Origin: Psammoneis japonica
Taxonomy: Eukaryota
Direction: 5' to 3'
DNA length: 64,000 nucleotides
Assembly: GCA_008632985.1 (NCBI GenBank)
Contig: QPGO01000066.1
Coordinates: 62,001-126,000 of the forward strand
Shown here: one piece after another, positions 24,266-37,500 of the stretch
How positions within the stretch are numbered: the first letter of the stretch is position 1
How the letters are laid out: each line of letters begins with the position of its first letter
Notes under the pieces: generated by a model
What the model saw: the letters and a program-made list of their open reading frames with translations, nothing else
Told to the model about the DNA's origin: nothing
Database searches by the model: none
Made by a program: the position numbers and the translations under genes

Positions 24266-24639
24266 TTTGAAACAAACAACAAAATCCAGACAAGTGAAAA
24301 TTAAAAAAAAACATTGTGCGACACGGTTTAGATGCAATGACGTGTGGCAATTGGGAATTTGGATTTGAAAACGGCACAGCAAAGAGATAAAATGTAGGGC
24401 GAGTTGGTGAAAAAGGAGGGTGGATCACAAGCAGCAACATTTGTGTTAAAAGAACGAGAAACCCCAAATGTCAATTGGGGCGCAGGTCTGCATTGTGTGA
24501 AAGGAATGACCACACTTGAAAGTGAGAAGCGATTTGGGTTTTAGAAGCTCGTAAACTCACACAGTTCTCATGTTGTGTTCAAGGAGAGAATCGGCTTGTA
24601 AGTTGACAACAATCTGGCATTAAAGTCAAGAAACACCCA

Positions 24640-27600
24640 GATTGTGGCAGACAGTCAGACCCAGATCATTGGCGTCCCAGATGTTTTTTGTGAAGGACTT
24701 GATGGCCAATCACTTGTGTCAGACCCAAAGGGCGAGACATGACAAAGGAAGGTGCAGCACAAAGGAGCAAGACCCCATCCTGAACAAACCCAAGTTTCCA
24801 AAACACACAAGAGTGGAGGTGCGGGACCTGGTGTTTGGCACAGCTGCATCAGCATCACCATCTGTGTCTTGCAACAATGCAAGATGGCAGCCCCAAGCCC
24901 CTGCCAACACACAAGCATGGTGCCCAGCAGCCAGTGGAGCATCAACTGCAATGATCACTCCCATGTGCAACATGTGTCCAAGAAAGCATCAGGGTGAGGA
25001 TTTGCCCAACTTGTTGAGTTGCTCAAAAGGATGCAATGGCAACATGGGATCCTTGGTGGGCTTCTTGCAGTTGATGACCCAATGTCATGTGCAGCGCAGA
25101 TGCTTTGCAACACCCTTCAATGCCGTGCAATGAATTGGTGCTGCCGGGTGGAAGAAGGCAAAGTTTGACAACATGGTGTTTGTGAACCCAGCATCACCAA
25201 GTTGGCAGATGATGTGCGCACATGCAACCTTGTGCCTCTGCCAGCTCAGCAAATTTGGGGGGGGGGCTTTCTGCAGGACCAGCGTCAGAGAGCATGACTT
25301 GGAAACAGACTCAATGGGGAGAGGATCAGCCTGGAAATCAAAGTCCACTTTGTCTGCAGCAGGTTTCAACCAACCATGCAAATTGAGGATGCAATCAATG
25401 CAACCACAGCAAGCAATTGAAGTGCAGTCATCACGCTGGTGGAAACCCACATCATTGAATTAATCACAGAGCCCCAAACACCAGAAAGGCATTTTTTTAT
25501 CCTCGCCAGGGAGATGCGGCAGTTCACTGGTCAAATGAAAAATCTTGACAGCACAGGATTCCTCTGGCTGGGCATGCAATCAAGAAGTCATCAACCTGTC
25601 AGAGGAGGAGGACATGCTTGCCATCAAAAGTCTCAGCAGCACAAATGCACTGGTCACAAGCAGAACTCTAAAACAGGAGCTTTGCAAATGTCAACATTGC
25701 GCTGACACAACTCTCCCATGGAACACCAGACTCAGGGTGTCCCTGCAGAGCATGAAGGACAGGTGGCACCATGGATTGGCCCAGGTCCATGCCAAAAAGC
25801 AGCACTTGTGCCCTGTGGCACAGGCTTCATCCATTTGGATGCAAACAGGGGTCAAGGGATGAGGGGAGTGGGCGTGTGCATCTTGAGCATTGCCAGAGCA
25901 GACTTGGCAGCTCACAGAAGCCAAGAGCACAAAAAAGAGACATTGAGCAGGTTGATCCGCACAAGACAAATGGGCAAACTGCAGGCATTGCAATGGCAGT
26001 GAGAGCAACTTGCACAATGTGTCTTGACATTGTGCTGTCAATGGGGGCACATGACAGCAACATCTTGTGGATGGGGTGTCAGAGCATGAAACACCGGGGA
26101 AGTGTGTGCAAGTGACAAAATTGCTTGAACTCACCTTTGCACCAGCCAAAAGGGCCAAGTTGGGAGCTTCTGCTGGTGTTTCCAAGCAAAGCTGTCCAGC
26201 TCCCATTCCTCTGAGGTGAGTGCATGAGAAGAGAGGGCAAAAACATTGAAAGCAAAGGCCTCAAAATCAGCTGCATGGATTGAATCCAGATTGCCATCAT
26301 CCAATGCCAAGAAATCAACATCAGGGGGAACTGCAGTGCCACAATGGACTGCACATCAGCTGAGGTGAGCTCAGGAATGTGCTCCTGCTCTTCTTTGTCT
26401 GGGTGAGGAGCAAAGATGTCATGTTCCACACTGCCAAAGCACACTGCAGCTGTCTGGAATTGAGACATCATTTCAGAGAGCAAAAACCACATGTCAAATT
26501 CTGGGTTGTCAGTGTCACGGAGGCAACAAATCTCAGCAAGAACTTGGTCATGAGTGAAAACATCAAAGCCATCAATCAGCACAACATGAACACCCACAAT
26601 CTTGTTCTTTGCAGCCTTGAGGGAGGAGAAGAGGCGGGGTGCAGAACTGCCATGCTTGGCATCCAGATTGAACAAGAGTTTTGATGACAAAGTCATGGTG
26701 GGGGTCACAGATCCACCAGGAGCTCCAGATGCAGGTGTCCTTGACACAACACAGTTGTTGTTCAAGATGTCCATCAAATGGTCAAATGGGAGACATCAAG
26801 AGAGCCTGAAGTGGTGGATGATGCTGACTGGGTTTTGGGAGCACAAACTGGAGGGCGTGCAGTGTCAGAAAACTTGTTCCAGTCCCTTGATGCATGTTGA
26901 ATGGAGGGGTCAAATTGGAGATGTGAGGTGCCAATGGCAACAACCACCTTGCCATTGCATGCTTTGAGAGCTTCCTCAATCTTGTGGTCCATCATCTGTC
27001 AGGACAAATGCAACACTTGGTCAGAAGATGCAGGGCTGGCAAGGGGCTTGCTTGCAACTTCAGCAATCAGCCAGTCATTTGCAGATCCAAAAATGGGGCA
27101 CTCTGTCCATCACTTGGCAGGGAAATTCAACACCCTGTGGGCATTTTGTTGGGCTTCAAGTGTTTGCATTGTTGAAGGATGAGTCAAATTTTTGAAGTGC
27201 AGCAGACCTGATGTTGTCATCACTCATGTTGAAAGAAGAACAATTGACTTTTTGAGTGTTCCCAGTGCATGAGCTTGATGTGTTTGATGCTGATGATGAC
27301 TTCAAAACAAGTCTCTTGAGTCTGGCAAGATCAAGGCCTTGATTGTGGGCACAACAAACGGGAGCTTTGCTCAACTGTGCAAAAATGAGGTTGAGCCAAA
27401 AATGCTCAAAAGCCCCCCCGCCATTTGGCTGACCACTGTGCAGTGCAAGGAGCTTGGGAAGCTGCTTGTGGGCAAAATCGGCATTTGCGCTTTTGTCTTG
27501 TTTGCAACCATGATGCAAACTGTGAGAGACATTGTCAGCACATGATGGATTTGCATTTGCAGCCTGCCAATGATGCTCCATGTGACAGCCACCATGCACG

Positions 27601-28400
27601 AAGCATGTTGACAAACCCTGAAAAATTCTTGATGCAATGGCCCAACACTTCCAAGAACACAACAGCATGGCGCAAGGTTCTTGTGCCCAGCTCACAAACC
27701 TCCTGCAAAGACAAAATGTTTGTTTTCTTGACAAAGCAGTGCACTTGTTTCACATGTGTTTGAAAACCACTTTCCACACCTTTTCTGGTTCAAAGAAATG
27801 TGGGCAGGTCAGTGAAATCGCCAAATGACCCGTCAATGATTTGGCCATGCCCGAATCCAAACCATTGCCATTTGCTGTTGTTGCAACATGCACAAGACTG
27901 AAAAAGCAGTGCTCCTGCTGTTGACACAATTTTTTGGCATCTTGCACATCAACACATGTGGCAGAGCTCAGCTCGGCAGGCAGCTCAAACGACTTGAGGT
28001 TGGCAGCATGGAGAACAACACACCGTCACTTTTTTGATGAAAAGAGATGACCAGGTTTTGGTGTCAAAACACACACTCCCAATTTTCTGCTCTGGCACCA
28101 TGTTTTAGTCTTTTCCTCCCTCTTCACAGCAACAAAAGGCACGGGGCACTTGCGCACACTTTTTGGCTGGGGGATCATCTGGGGCATTTGTTGCAGACAC
28201 ATTCACACGAGTGGGGGGTGGGGCAGTTCTAGGTTCTGAGATTCAATGCTCAGATTTCCACCATCCAAAAAAACTCCAAAATTGGAGTGGGGTGGGAAGG
28301 TGCAAGATTCTATGCTTGGAGAAGATTCATCTCTTCTTTGGTTGTGTGACCACAAGAATGAGCGAGGTGTTTGCAGTCATGCGCCTCGTGCCTGTCATTC
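24640..28400. mobile_element. Old degenerate repeat/TE relic, family unassigned
   Basis: Strongly depleted in both TpA and CpG, with fragmentary Cys-rich protein-like frames and no intact ORF. Confidence 0.4.
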
Positions 28401-28411
28401 AATAAGGCAAT

Positions 28412-28761
28412 GACTCTCGCATAAATCGAACTGAGACTCCACGACTACACATGTCCTTTTTAAAAAATGTCAATGTCTGTTGCAGACCATTTTCAATAGC
28501 CCTATTGCGTTTGTTGTCGAACTCAAGCTAGAAATTGTCCTCACCATGACTGTCATTCTCAAAATTGCTGTATTCTTATCATATGAGATGTCTTGGCAAG
28601 ACTCTCTGCATAAATCGAACTGAGACTCCACGACTGCCGCATGTTCGTTTAAAAAATGTCAATGTCTGTTGCAGACCATTTTCAATAGTCCTAATGCGTC
28701 TTTCGTCGAACTCCAAGATAGGAATTGTCCTCATCAATGACTGTCATTGACAAAATTACTG
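28412..28761. repeat. Tandem duplication, 2 x ~190 bp (plus a short AGCTTTTCCGTTGC duplicate at ~28768/28829)
   Basis: GACTCTC..CATAAATCGAACTGAGACTCCACGACT...AAAAAATGTCAATGTCTGTTGCAGACCATTTTCAATAG occurs at ~28412 and ~28600. Confidence 0.85.
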
Positions 28762-29729
28762 CATGATAGCTTTTCCGTTGCGTAGAAGTTACAGTACCGC
28801 ATTCTTATTAACAAAATGTCTTCTTAAGAGCTTTTCCGTTGCATAGAAACACTACCGCTGATACCCTGTACAGTATTATGTACCTGGCATGTACAGTGCG
28901 TACGACAGATCGACAAACTCGTACGTAGGGCCCTACGTACATTACTTCTACATACGCACTTCTAGTCTTCTATTGTTGATTTTTTGTTGCGCCTTGTGCC
29001 GTTGCCGTAAAGACCATGACAGGTGGCGCTGTTTTCGACGCGTTCATGGTCGAGTGGCGCTGTGGCACTGCTTCATTGCGTTGTGACCAAGTGGTGCAAA
29101 ATCGAGTGTAATTTGACGAGAACAATGTTCCATTCAGGCACGCGCATTCATGCGAAAAGCCGCAAACGACGCAAGGATTCCACTTGTCATGTTTCATGTG
29201 CTGCACAGAAGAGACATGTGACCGATTCAATGCAAATGCCGGGCTACAATGTCAAAGTTTTCGGCACAATTCATCGTCTCTGATGCAAGCTGTGTCGTTG
29301 AGTCCACGAGATGCAATGCCTCGACAAAAAACGACACATCTTCGCAGACTCACACTTTTTGGAATCTTTCCAGTGTCAGTCCACACAATGAAGTTCCAAG
29401 TGTCAGCCCTGGCTTTACTCTCTTGTTTGAGCAGCTTGACTTCTCCGGCAGTTGCCCAACAATGTGACGGTCCAGGACGGAGGACTTGCAGAAACACGGC
29501 GGGCTGTGAGTGGGTGTTCCGCAGCTGCATCGATGCTGATTCGCTTGCTCAACAGTGTGACCGTCTTCCAAGGAGGATTTGCCAAAACACGGCGGACTGT
29601 GAGTGGGCAGTCCGCAGCTGCACCAATGCTAATTCGCGTGATCCATGTGTTCGGCTGAGGGGGGGAACGTGCAGAACCACCGAGGGTTGCTCATGGGAAC
29701 GCCGCAACGGCTGTGTTGCTGCTGGTGCG

Positions 29730-32700
29730 CCCCCGACGACTTCTCCCACCAAGTCAAACGCCCCCTCTAATGTTCTATCCAGAGCCCCAAGCAACAAGCC
29801 AACCGGCGCACCCAGCGGATCACCATCTGTTTCGCCTTCGTCTGATCCAACTGAATTCCCCACAGACATCCCAAGTGGCATTCCTTCGTCAGTTCCAACT
29901 GTTGCACCTTCTGCTGTGCCATGCTTGCACCAAGTGTCGTCCCTTCGACAGCGCCTGGCGTTGCAATGCCCAGCGGTGTTCCTTCAGGTGTTCCGAGCAA
30001 TGCTCCATCCAATGTGCCAAGCCATGTCCCCACTGTCGCTCCCTTTGGCATTCCGAGCAATTCTCCTTCAAGTTTGCCAAGCGCAGTTCCCAGTGGAGCT
30101 CCCTTGAATGCTGTCATTCCTTTGAATCTGCCAAGCGCCGTCCCGTCGGGAAACCCTGGCAATTTTCCGAGCCAGCCACCGAGTGATGCACCTTCGAGAT
30201 CGCCAAGTGCAGTTCCAAAAAGAGCTCCGCCCCCTCAATCAAGCAATGCGCCTTCAAGTCAACCAACTGCTTTGCGATCTGATGGTCCAAGCAACGTTCC
30301 ATCGTCAGCGCCTGGCGGTGTTCCTGGCATCACACCAAGTGCCGTTCCTTCGATTTTGCCAAGCGCCGTTCCGTCGGGAGCGCCCTCTCATGTTCCGAGC
30401 CAGTCACCCAGTGACGTGCCTTCGAGGTCGCCAAGTGAAGTGCCAAGTGGAACTCCCTCCGATGGTCCGAGCCAGACGCCGACGTCTCAATCAAGTGATG
30501 CGCCTTCGAGTCAGCCGACTGTTTCGCCATCTGATGACCCAAGTGTCGTTCCATTGTCAATGCCCAGCGGTGTCCCCAGCATCACCCCGAGTGCCAATCC
30601 TTCGATTTCGCCAAGCGGATTTCCGTCGGGAGCTCCCACCGATTTTCCGAGCCAGACTCCTAGCAACTCGCCTTCTAGATCGCCAAGTGTGGCACCCAGT
30701 GCTGCTCCCTGCAATGCACCCAGCCAGACACCAACGTCTCAATCAAGTGACGCGCCGTCAAGTCAACCCTCTGCTTCACCCTCTAATGACCCAAGCATCG
30801 TTCCATCGTCAGCACCCAGCGGTGTTCCTGGCATCACCCCGAGTGCCGCTCCTTCGATTTTGCCAAGCGCCACCCCGTCGGGAGCTCCCACCGGTGGTCC
30901 GAGCCAGTCACCCAGTGACATGCCATCGAGACCACCCAGTGCAGTTCCAAGTGGGGCTCCCTCCGTCGCTCCGAGCCAAATGCCAACGTCTCAATCAAGT
31001 GATGCACCTTCGAGTCAACCAACTGTTTTGCCCTCTGATGGCCCAAGTGACGTTCCATCGTTGGCACCTGCTGGCATTCCTAGCTTCGCACCGAGTGCAA
31101 TTCCTTCGATTTTGCCAAGCGGCATTCCGTCGGGAGCTCCCACCAATTTTCCGAGCCAGACGCCCAGTGTCTTGCCTTCTAGATCGCCAAGTGCAGCACC
31201 GAGTGCTGTTCCCTCCAATGCTCCCAGCCAGACGCCAACATCTCAATCAAGTGACGCGCCTTCACGTCAACCTTCTGATTCGCCATCAGATGGTCCAAGT
31301 GACGTTCCATCGTCAGCGCCCAGCAGTGTTCCTGGCATCACCCCGAGTGCCGTTCCTTCAATTTTGCCAAGTGCCACCCCGTCGGAAGCTCCCTCTAGTG
31401 CCAATGGCAAGTCACCAAGCGGCATGCCATCTAGATCACCTGGTGCAGTTCCAAGCGGGGCTCCCTCCGTTGCTCCGAGTGAAACGCCAACGTCTCAATC
31501 AAGTGGCACACCGTCAAGTCAGCCTTCTGCTTTGCCCTCTAATGGCCCAACTTGCGTTCCATCGTCAGCGCCTGGTGGTGTTCCTAGCGTCGCACAGAGT
31601 GCCATTCCTTCGATTTTGCCAAGCGCCATTCCGTCGGAGTCTCCCACCAATTTTCCAAGCCATTTGCCAAGTGACATGCCTTCGAGACTGCCAAGTGCAG
31701 CACCCAGTGTATCTTCCTCCAATGCTCCGAGCCAGATGCCAACGTCTCAATCAAGCAATGCGCCGTCCAGTCAACCGACTGTTTTGTCAAATGGCCCAAG
31801 TGACGTTCCATCGTTGTCGCCCAGCAGCATTCCCACCCCGTTGGGAGCTGCCACCAGTTTTCCAAGCCAGTCACCCAGTGAAATGCCTTCGAGATCGCCA
31901 AGTGCAGCACCCAGTGGAGCTCCCTCTAATGCCCCGAGCCAGATGCCAACGTCTCAATCAAGCAATGCGCCATCCAATCAACCTTCTGTTTCACCCTCTG
32001 TTGGCCCGAGTGACGTTCCATCATTGTTGCCTGGCGGTGTTCCTGGCAACACACCGAGCACCATTCCTTCGCTTTGGCCAAGCGCCATTCCGTCGGAAGC
32101 TCCCTCCAGTGCTCCTGGCCAATCACCAACGTCTTCTGCAAGTGACGCACCGTCCAGTCATCCAAGCGAGTCTCCCTCTTACGTTCCAAGCAGCGCGCCA
32201 TCATCAGTTCCTAGCAATGTTCCCAGCAGCTCACCGAGCATGGTTCCGTTGGAAGTTCCATCGACCATCCCAACCTTGGCTCCATCTCAGACACCCAGCG
32301 ACGTGCCATCGAGCTCACCAAGCGCCATTCCGTCCCAAGTGCCCTCTGATGCACCGAGCGAGTCACCAACATCAACTGCAAGTGACGCGCCGTCCAGTCA
32401 ACCTGGTGAGTCGCCCTCTGATGTTCCAAGCGATGGGCCGTTGGCAGCTCCAAGTGGCGTTCCCTGCAGCTCGCCAAGCAATGTTCCATCGGAAGTTCCT
32501 TCGATCATCCCAACCTTGGCTCCGTCACAGACACCCAGTGACGTGCCATCAAGCTCGCCAAGTGGCATTCCGTCCCACGTGCCCTCTGATGCACCAAGCC
32601 AATCACCAACGTCTTCTGCAAGTGACGCACCATCCAGTCATCCAAGCGAGTCTCCCTCTTACGTTCCAAGCAGCACGCCATCATCAGTTCCCAGCGGTGT

Positions 32701-35670
32701 TCCTGGCAGCTCACCGAGCATGGTTCCGTCGGAAGTTCCATCGACCATCCCAACCTTGGCTCCATCTCAGAAACCCAGCGACGTGCCATCAAGCTCGCCA
32801 AGCGCCATTCCGTCCCACATACCCTCGGATGCACCGAGCGAGTCACCAACATCAACTGCAAGTGACGCGCCGTCCAGTCAACCCAGTGAGTCGCCCTCTG
32901 GGACACACAGCATTTTGTCGCCAATTGCGACATTCCCACAAATGAATTGGATGATTTGTCGTGAAAAACACCCTTTGAGACAAATTTCAATCGTTGGCGA
33001 CAAACAAGACAAAATCATCATTTAATTGGCGATGGCGTGTCCCAAACACAAACGTTGTGTCAACCACAGTGCTTTGTGATGAATTTAACTTTCGGCGAAG
33101 ACTGCACTTGTCAATCAATGTTTTGGCGATTTTGTCGTACGTGCGACAAATTTTGTCGTGTGCGAAAAATTTTGTCGGACGTACGACAAATTTTGTCGCA
33201 TCCGACAAACCCCGACAAACCCTGACAAACCCCAACAAACCCCAACAACGTACGACAAACGCCGACAAGAGCCGACAAACGCCGACAAACGCTGACAGAC
33301 GGACGTTTGCGACACTGTCTCCACGAGATTTGCCTGCCGCTTGCTGGACCAGCAGAGAGCCAGGCCCTGGCTGCCTGCTGACAAAAGGTGCAGCACAGCA
33401 ATGCATGCCGGTGCATTCCATTCCACTGTGCAGAAGCGCACGATGTTGTCCCGGCATTGACGAGAGTGTGACATTTGGGGACATGGAGTGACAGTGCAAA
33501 ATTTCGAAATCAAAAAATTGGAGACCGCCGAGAGCGGCATGATCGTCGCTTTGCATCATCGCGCAAAAGAGACACAGTGTCAACGGAGACGCCAGCGGTT
33601 GGCGTGTGCGGCGGGGGGTGTGGGTGTTTCGTTCGTGAGTCGTCGTGTCGTGACGTGCAGTGATGTGACGTGTCGTGACGTGTTGTGACGTGTCCTGTCG
33701 TGTCGTGTCTTGTCGTGTCGTGTCTTGTCTTGTCTTGTCGTGTCGTGTCGTTGTCGTGTCTTGTCAGATGGAGACAAATTTTGTCAGATGAAATTTCGTC
33801 GATGACATCGATCGCCAAATTCTGTCAATTGCCCCACTCATTGAAACGACATTGCCAAAGTGCAGGTTGGTCATTGATGACATTGATCATTTTGTGACTT
33901 GGTTGGACAATGTTTCTGTCCCGTTTATCGCCAACCCAGACATTTTGTCGCAACTCGCGTCTTTTCGTGACAAATCATCAATTCATTTAAGAAAATGTCG
34001 CCAAATGCAACAAAATGCCGTGTGTCCCTGATGTTCCAAGCGATGGGCCATTGGCAGCACCAAGTGGCGTTTCCAGCAGCTCGCCAAGCAATGTTCCGTC
34101 AGAAGCTCCTTTGACCATCCCAACCTTGGCTCTGTCACAGACACCCAGTGACGTGCCATCAAGCTCGCCAAGTGCCATTCCGTCCCACGCACCCTCTGAT
34201 GCGCCGAGCCAATCACCAACGGCCACTGCAAGTGACGCACCATCCAGTCAGCCCAGTGTGTCGCCCTCTTACATTCCGAGTGGCATGCCATCATCAGTTC
34301 CCAGCAGTGTTCCTGGCAGCTCGCCAAGCAATGTTCCGTAGGAAGTTCCATCGACCGTCCCAACCTTGGATCCGTCACAGACACCCAGTGCCATCCCATC
34401 AAGCTCGCCAAGTGCCATTCCATCCCACGCACCCTCTGATGCACCGAGTCAGTCACCAACGGCCACTGCAAGTGACGCACCGTCAAGTCAACCAAGCGAG
34501 TCGCCCTCTGATGTTCCAAGTGATGTTCCAAGTGATGTTCCATCGACAGCTCCGAGTTTTGTTCCCAGCATTTCACCGAGCAACATTCCGTCGGGAGTTC
34601 CATCAACCGCCCCAAGCTTGAATCCGTCGCACACACCGAGCAAAGCGCCATCGAGCTTGCCAAGTGCCATTCCATCCCTGGCGCCCTCTGATGCGCCGAG
34701 CCAGTCACCAACAACCGCTGCAAGTGACGCACCGTCCAGTCAACCCAGTCAGTCGCCCTCTGATGTTCCAAGTGATGGGCCATCGACAGCTCCGAGTTTT
34801 GTTCCCAGCATTTCACCGAGCAGCATTCCGTCGGAAGTTCCATCAACTGCCCCAAGCTTGAATCCGTCGCAGACACTGAGCGACGTGCCATCAAGCTCGC
34901 CAAGTGCCATTCCATCCTTGGTGCCCTCTGATGCACCGAGCCAGTCACCATCAGCCATTGCAAGTGACGCTCCCTCTGGTCAACCCAGTCAGCGGCCCTC
35001 TGACATTCCGAGTGATGGGCCGTCATTGGCTCCCAGCAGTGGTGTTCCCAGCAGCTCCCCAAGCAATGTTCCATTGGGAGTTCCATCATTCACCCCAAGC
35101 TTGAATCCATCGAAGACAAAAAGCGATGTGCCTTCGAAGTTTCCCAGCCAGGTGCCATCTTCTGTCCCCAGTTTTGCACCTTCTGGAAACCCAGCATGTT
35201 GCCCAGTGGTGCTCCGAGTGAGATGCCAGCAGTGCCCAGTGTTGACCCTTCAAGTGCGCCGAGTGCAACGCCATCAGCAATGCCCAGTGATGTGCCATCC
35301 ATCTCTTACGCCCCCACAGGAGCACCATCAAGCTCTCCCAGCATGTTGCCCAGTGGTGCCCCGAGTGAGGAGCCATCAGCAGCACCTGGCGTTGCCCCTT
35401 CAAGCGTGCCAAGTGCGATGCCATCGACAATGCCCAGTGATGCACCATCAATCTCAAATGCCCCCACAGGAGCACCGTCAATCTCTCCTGGCATGTTGCC
35501 CAGTGGTGCTCCGAGTGAGGAGCCATCAGCAATGCCTGGCGTTGCCCCTTCAAGCGTGCCAAGTGCTGCGCCATCAGCAATGCCTGGTGATGCACCATCA
35601 ATTTCGAACGCCCCCTCGAATGCCCCCTCGAACGCCCCTGCAGGTGCGCCAACAAGCTCTCCCACTCGTG
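29730..35670 (+). repeat. Hierarchical coding minisatellite (Pro/Ser stalk): 252-bp, then 240/480-bp, then ~147-150-bp units
   Basis: TCAATCAAG anchors at 30487, 30739, 30991, 31243, 31495 and 31747. GCAAGTGACGC anchors at 32138, 32378, 32618 and 32858. CATGTTGCCCAGTGG at 35195, 35342 and 35492. Confidence 0.9.
32901..34027. mobile_element. Non-autonomous Harbinger-like element (MITE), ~65-bp imperfect TIRs, CTG target-site duplication
   Basis: CTG|GGACACACAGCATTTTGTC ... CAAAATGCCGTGTGTCC|CTG. Removing it restores TCGCCCTCTGATGTTCCAAGCGATGGGCC, matching the sister repeat unit at 32411. Confidence 0.92.
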
Positions 35671-37500
35671 ATCCGGCCAACGCTTTCAACATTGAGTTGG
35701 TCGACATGGGAGACAATGCTGCTCCTCCTGAATACGCTCAAGCGTTTGCCGATGCCAAGGCTCGATGGGAGTCTGTCATTACAAATGACTTGTCGGACAT
35801 CGCGCAGGCGTCATTCCATGGCATTTCAGACTGGTTCACAGGGCAGTTCTCACAACCTTGTACGGCAGCATTTGATGATCTTGTCATTGGGTTCGAAGTT
35901 GACTTCATCGATGGACCGGGCGGCACTCTTGGTCGAGCTGGCTGCAGATGCCGCATCGTCAGTCGCTGTGTAACTGGTGTCATGCAGTTTGAGTTGGTTG
36001 ATTTCCAAAGCTACGACCTTGACGACGCCAAAGTTGTCATTCTTCACGAGATGGGTGCGTTTTTGACGAGATTGTTGTGGCATTGGTCTAGCAATAATTT
36101 CTCACCTCAGCAATGTTTGTACTTCTCATTGTGAATGCATTTGTGGGACATGTTCTTGGGCTTGTTGGGCTTCTTTCGTCGTGCGGTGACGGGTGTCCAG
36201 CAACGACCTTTGCTTGCCAGTGCTCACTTGCTGTTCAGGAGCACAACTTGTTGGACCGATCTACTCTCCTGGACAGTACATTTAACAATGCTCTCTGCCT
36301 CGAGGACATTAATCGCCCCGGCACACAGTGCAGTCACTGGGAAGAAGAAAACTTCAGAACAAGTCAAAGCTCGGAGCTTGTGACTGGCTTCTTCGAGAGC
36401 TTTCTCTTCCAGCCAATTTCCCGAGTTACGCTTGCCGCATTGGATGATTTGGGGGTGCACACTGTCGACCACAGCAATGCAGACCCTTGGCCTGCTGAAG
36501 GGACACGTCACCGTGAACCAAAGGATAGAAAGGAGCCCAAGTTTCCCATGCTTCAGACGAAGTCACGCTTTTACCTCCCCGACTTGATGGAAGACCTGCC
36601 TCCCCCCATTCAAATTGCTGACCTGTCTCCCCGAAAGAAACCGCCTCCCAAAAAGAAACGGCACCCCCGAAAGAAACCGCCTGCCCAAAAGAAACTGCCT
36701 CCCCGAAATAACCTTCGAAACCGCCATCGAGGTTGTTGACCCATCCATGCCAGAAGGAACCTTCGAAACTAGAGACAGGGATTTCTTGTGGGGCACACAG
36801 TTGCTTTAGTTGAACAAATCTAATGTCATGCGGGCACCACACAACTGGCGCATAAAAGTTGCTGTGCTGCGTGGCGTTTGCATTCCTGACATGACGAAAT
36901 CCGAATTCGTGCACGGCATTTTTTAGAATGATGTGCTCGACAGTGTCATCTTGAAATGTCTGTCATGCACAGTGTCTTGGATCTTCGGTGTCATGCCTCT
37001 AGAGTAGAGTCTCCTGCGGCTCTCTAGTGCTGTCTAGAGATCTCCCAGTGATGGACTGGAATGGCTTTGCTGGCGGATGCGCAAGCCTCATTCCCAAAAA
37101 CCCAAGCTGGAACGGCAGGGCCAGAGGGCGGGAGAGGTGGGAGCGTTAAAAACTGTCCAGCGGCTTCTTGCTCTTTGTTGCTCTTTGGAAGAATGAGTGA
37201 AACAAGCGAGAGAAAAGAGCAAAAAACCGTCATTTGCTCGCCAAGCTCGCGCAAGCACGTTCAAATTTGAATTCAAATGGTTTTTTGACCCGACGGTCAA
37301 AAATGGGTCATTTGCCTCGTTGCACTGCACAAGGTGGGCGGCTCACGCCGCCCGTCTTGTTCCTTCTCCTGCGGCTCTCTAGTGCTGTCTAGAGATCTTC
37401 CAGTGATGGACTGGAATGGCTTTGCTGGCGGGTGCGCAAGCCTCATTCCCAAAAACCCAAGCTGGAACGGCAGGGCCAGAGGGCGGGAGAGGTGGGAGCG

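Larger units (their letters stand above)
14150..24640. mobile_element. Large Plavaka-like (CACTA-related) DNA transposon with cargo ORFs; boundaries approximate
   Basis: A continuous TpA-depleted block holds a Plavaka-type transposase at the left, a typical companion ORF at the right and cargo ORFs between them. Termini were not identified. Confidence 0.6.
29388..36739 (+). pseudogene. Secreted mucin-like leishmanolysin (M8-like zinc metalloprotease) gene, inactivated
   Basis: Signal peptide MKFQVSALALLSCL, three C-x7-C-x5-C-x-W repeats and a ~6-kb PSxxPS stalk. Protease domain AKARWESVI..DDLVI..IDGPGGTLGRAG..ILHEMG|HVLG..SHWEE..ELVTGF..ISRVTLAALDDLG. Disrupted by frameshifts (~29920, ~35190), a TAG at 34339, a MITE insertion and a destroyed acceptor at 36144-36146. 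Confidence 0.85.

Noticed and set aside
30183..32945. 920-aa Arg/Gln/His-rich ORF
   Set aside because: Shadow frame of the Pro/Ser minisatellite, open only because stops are absent.
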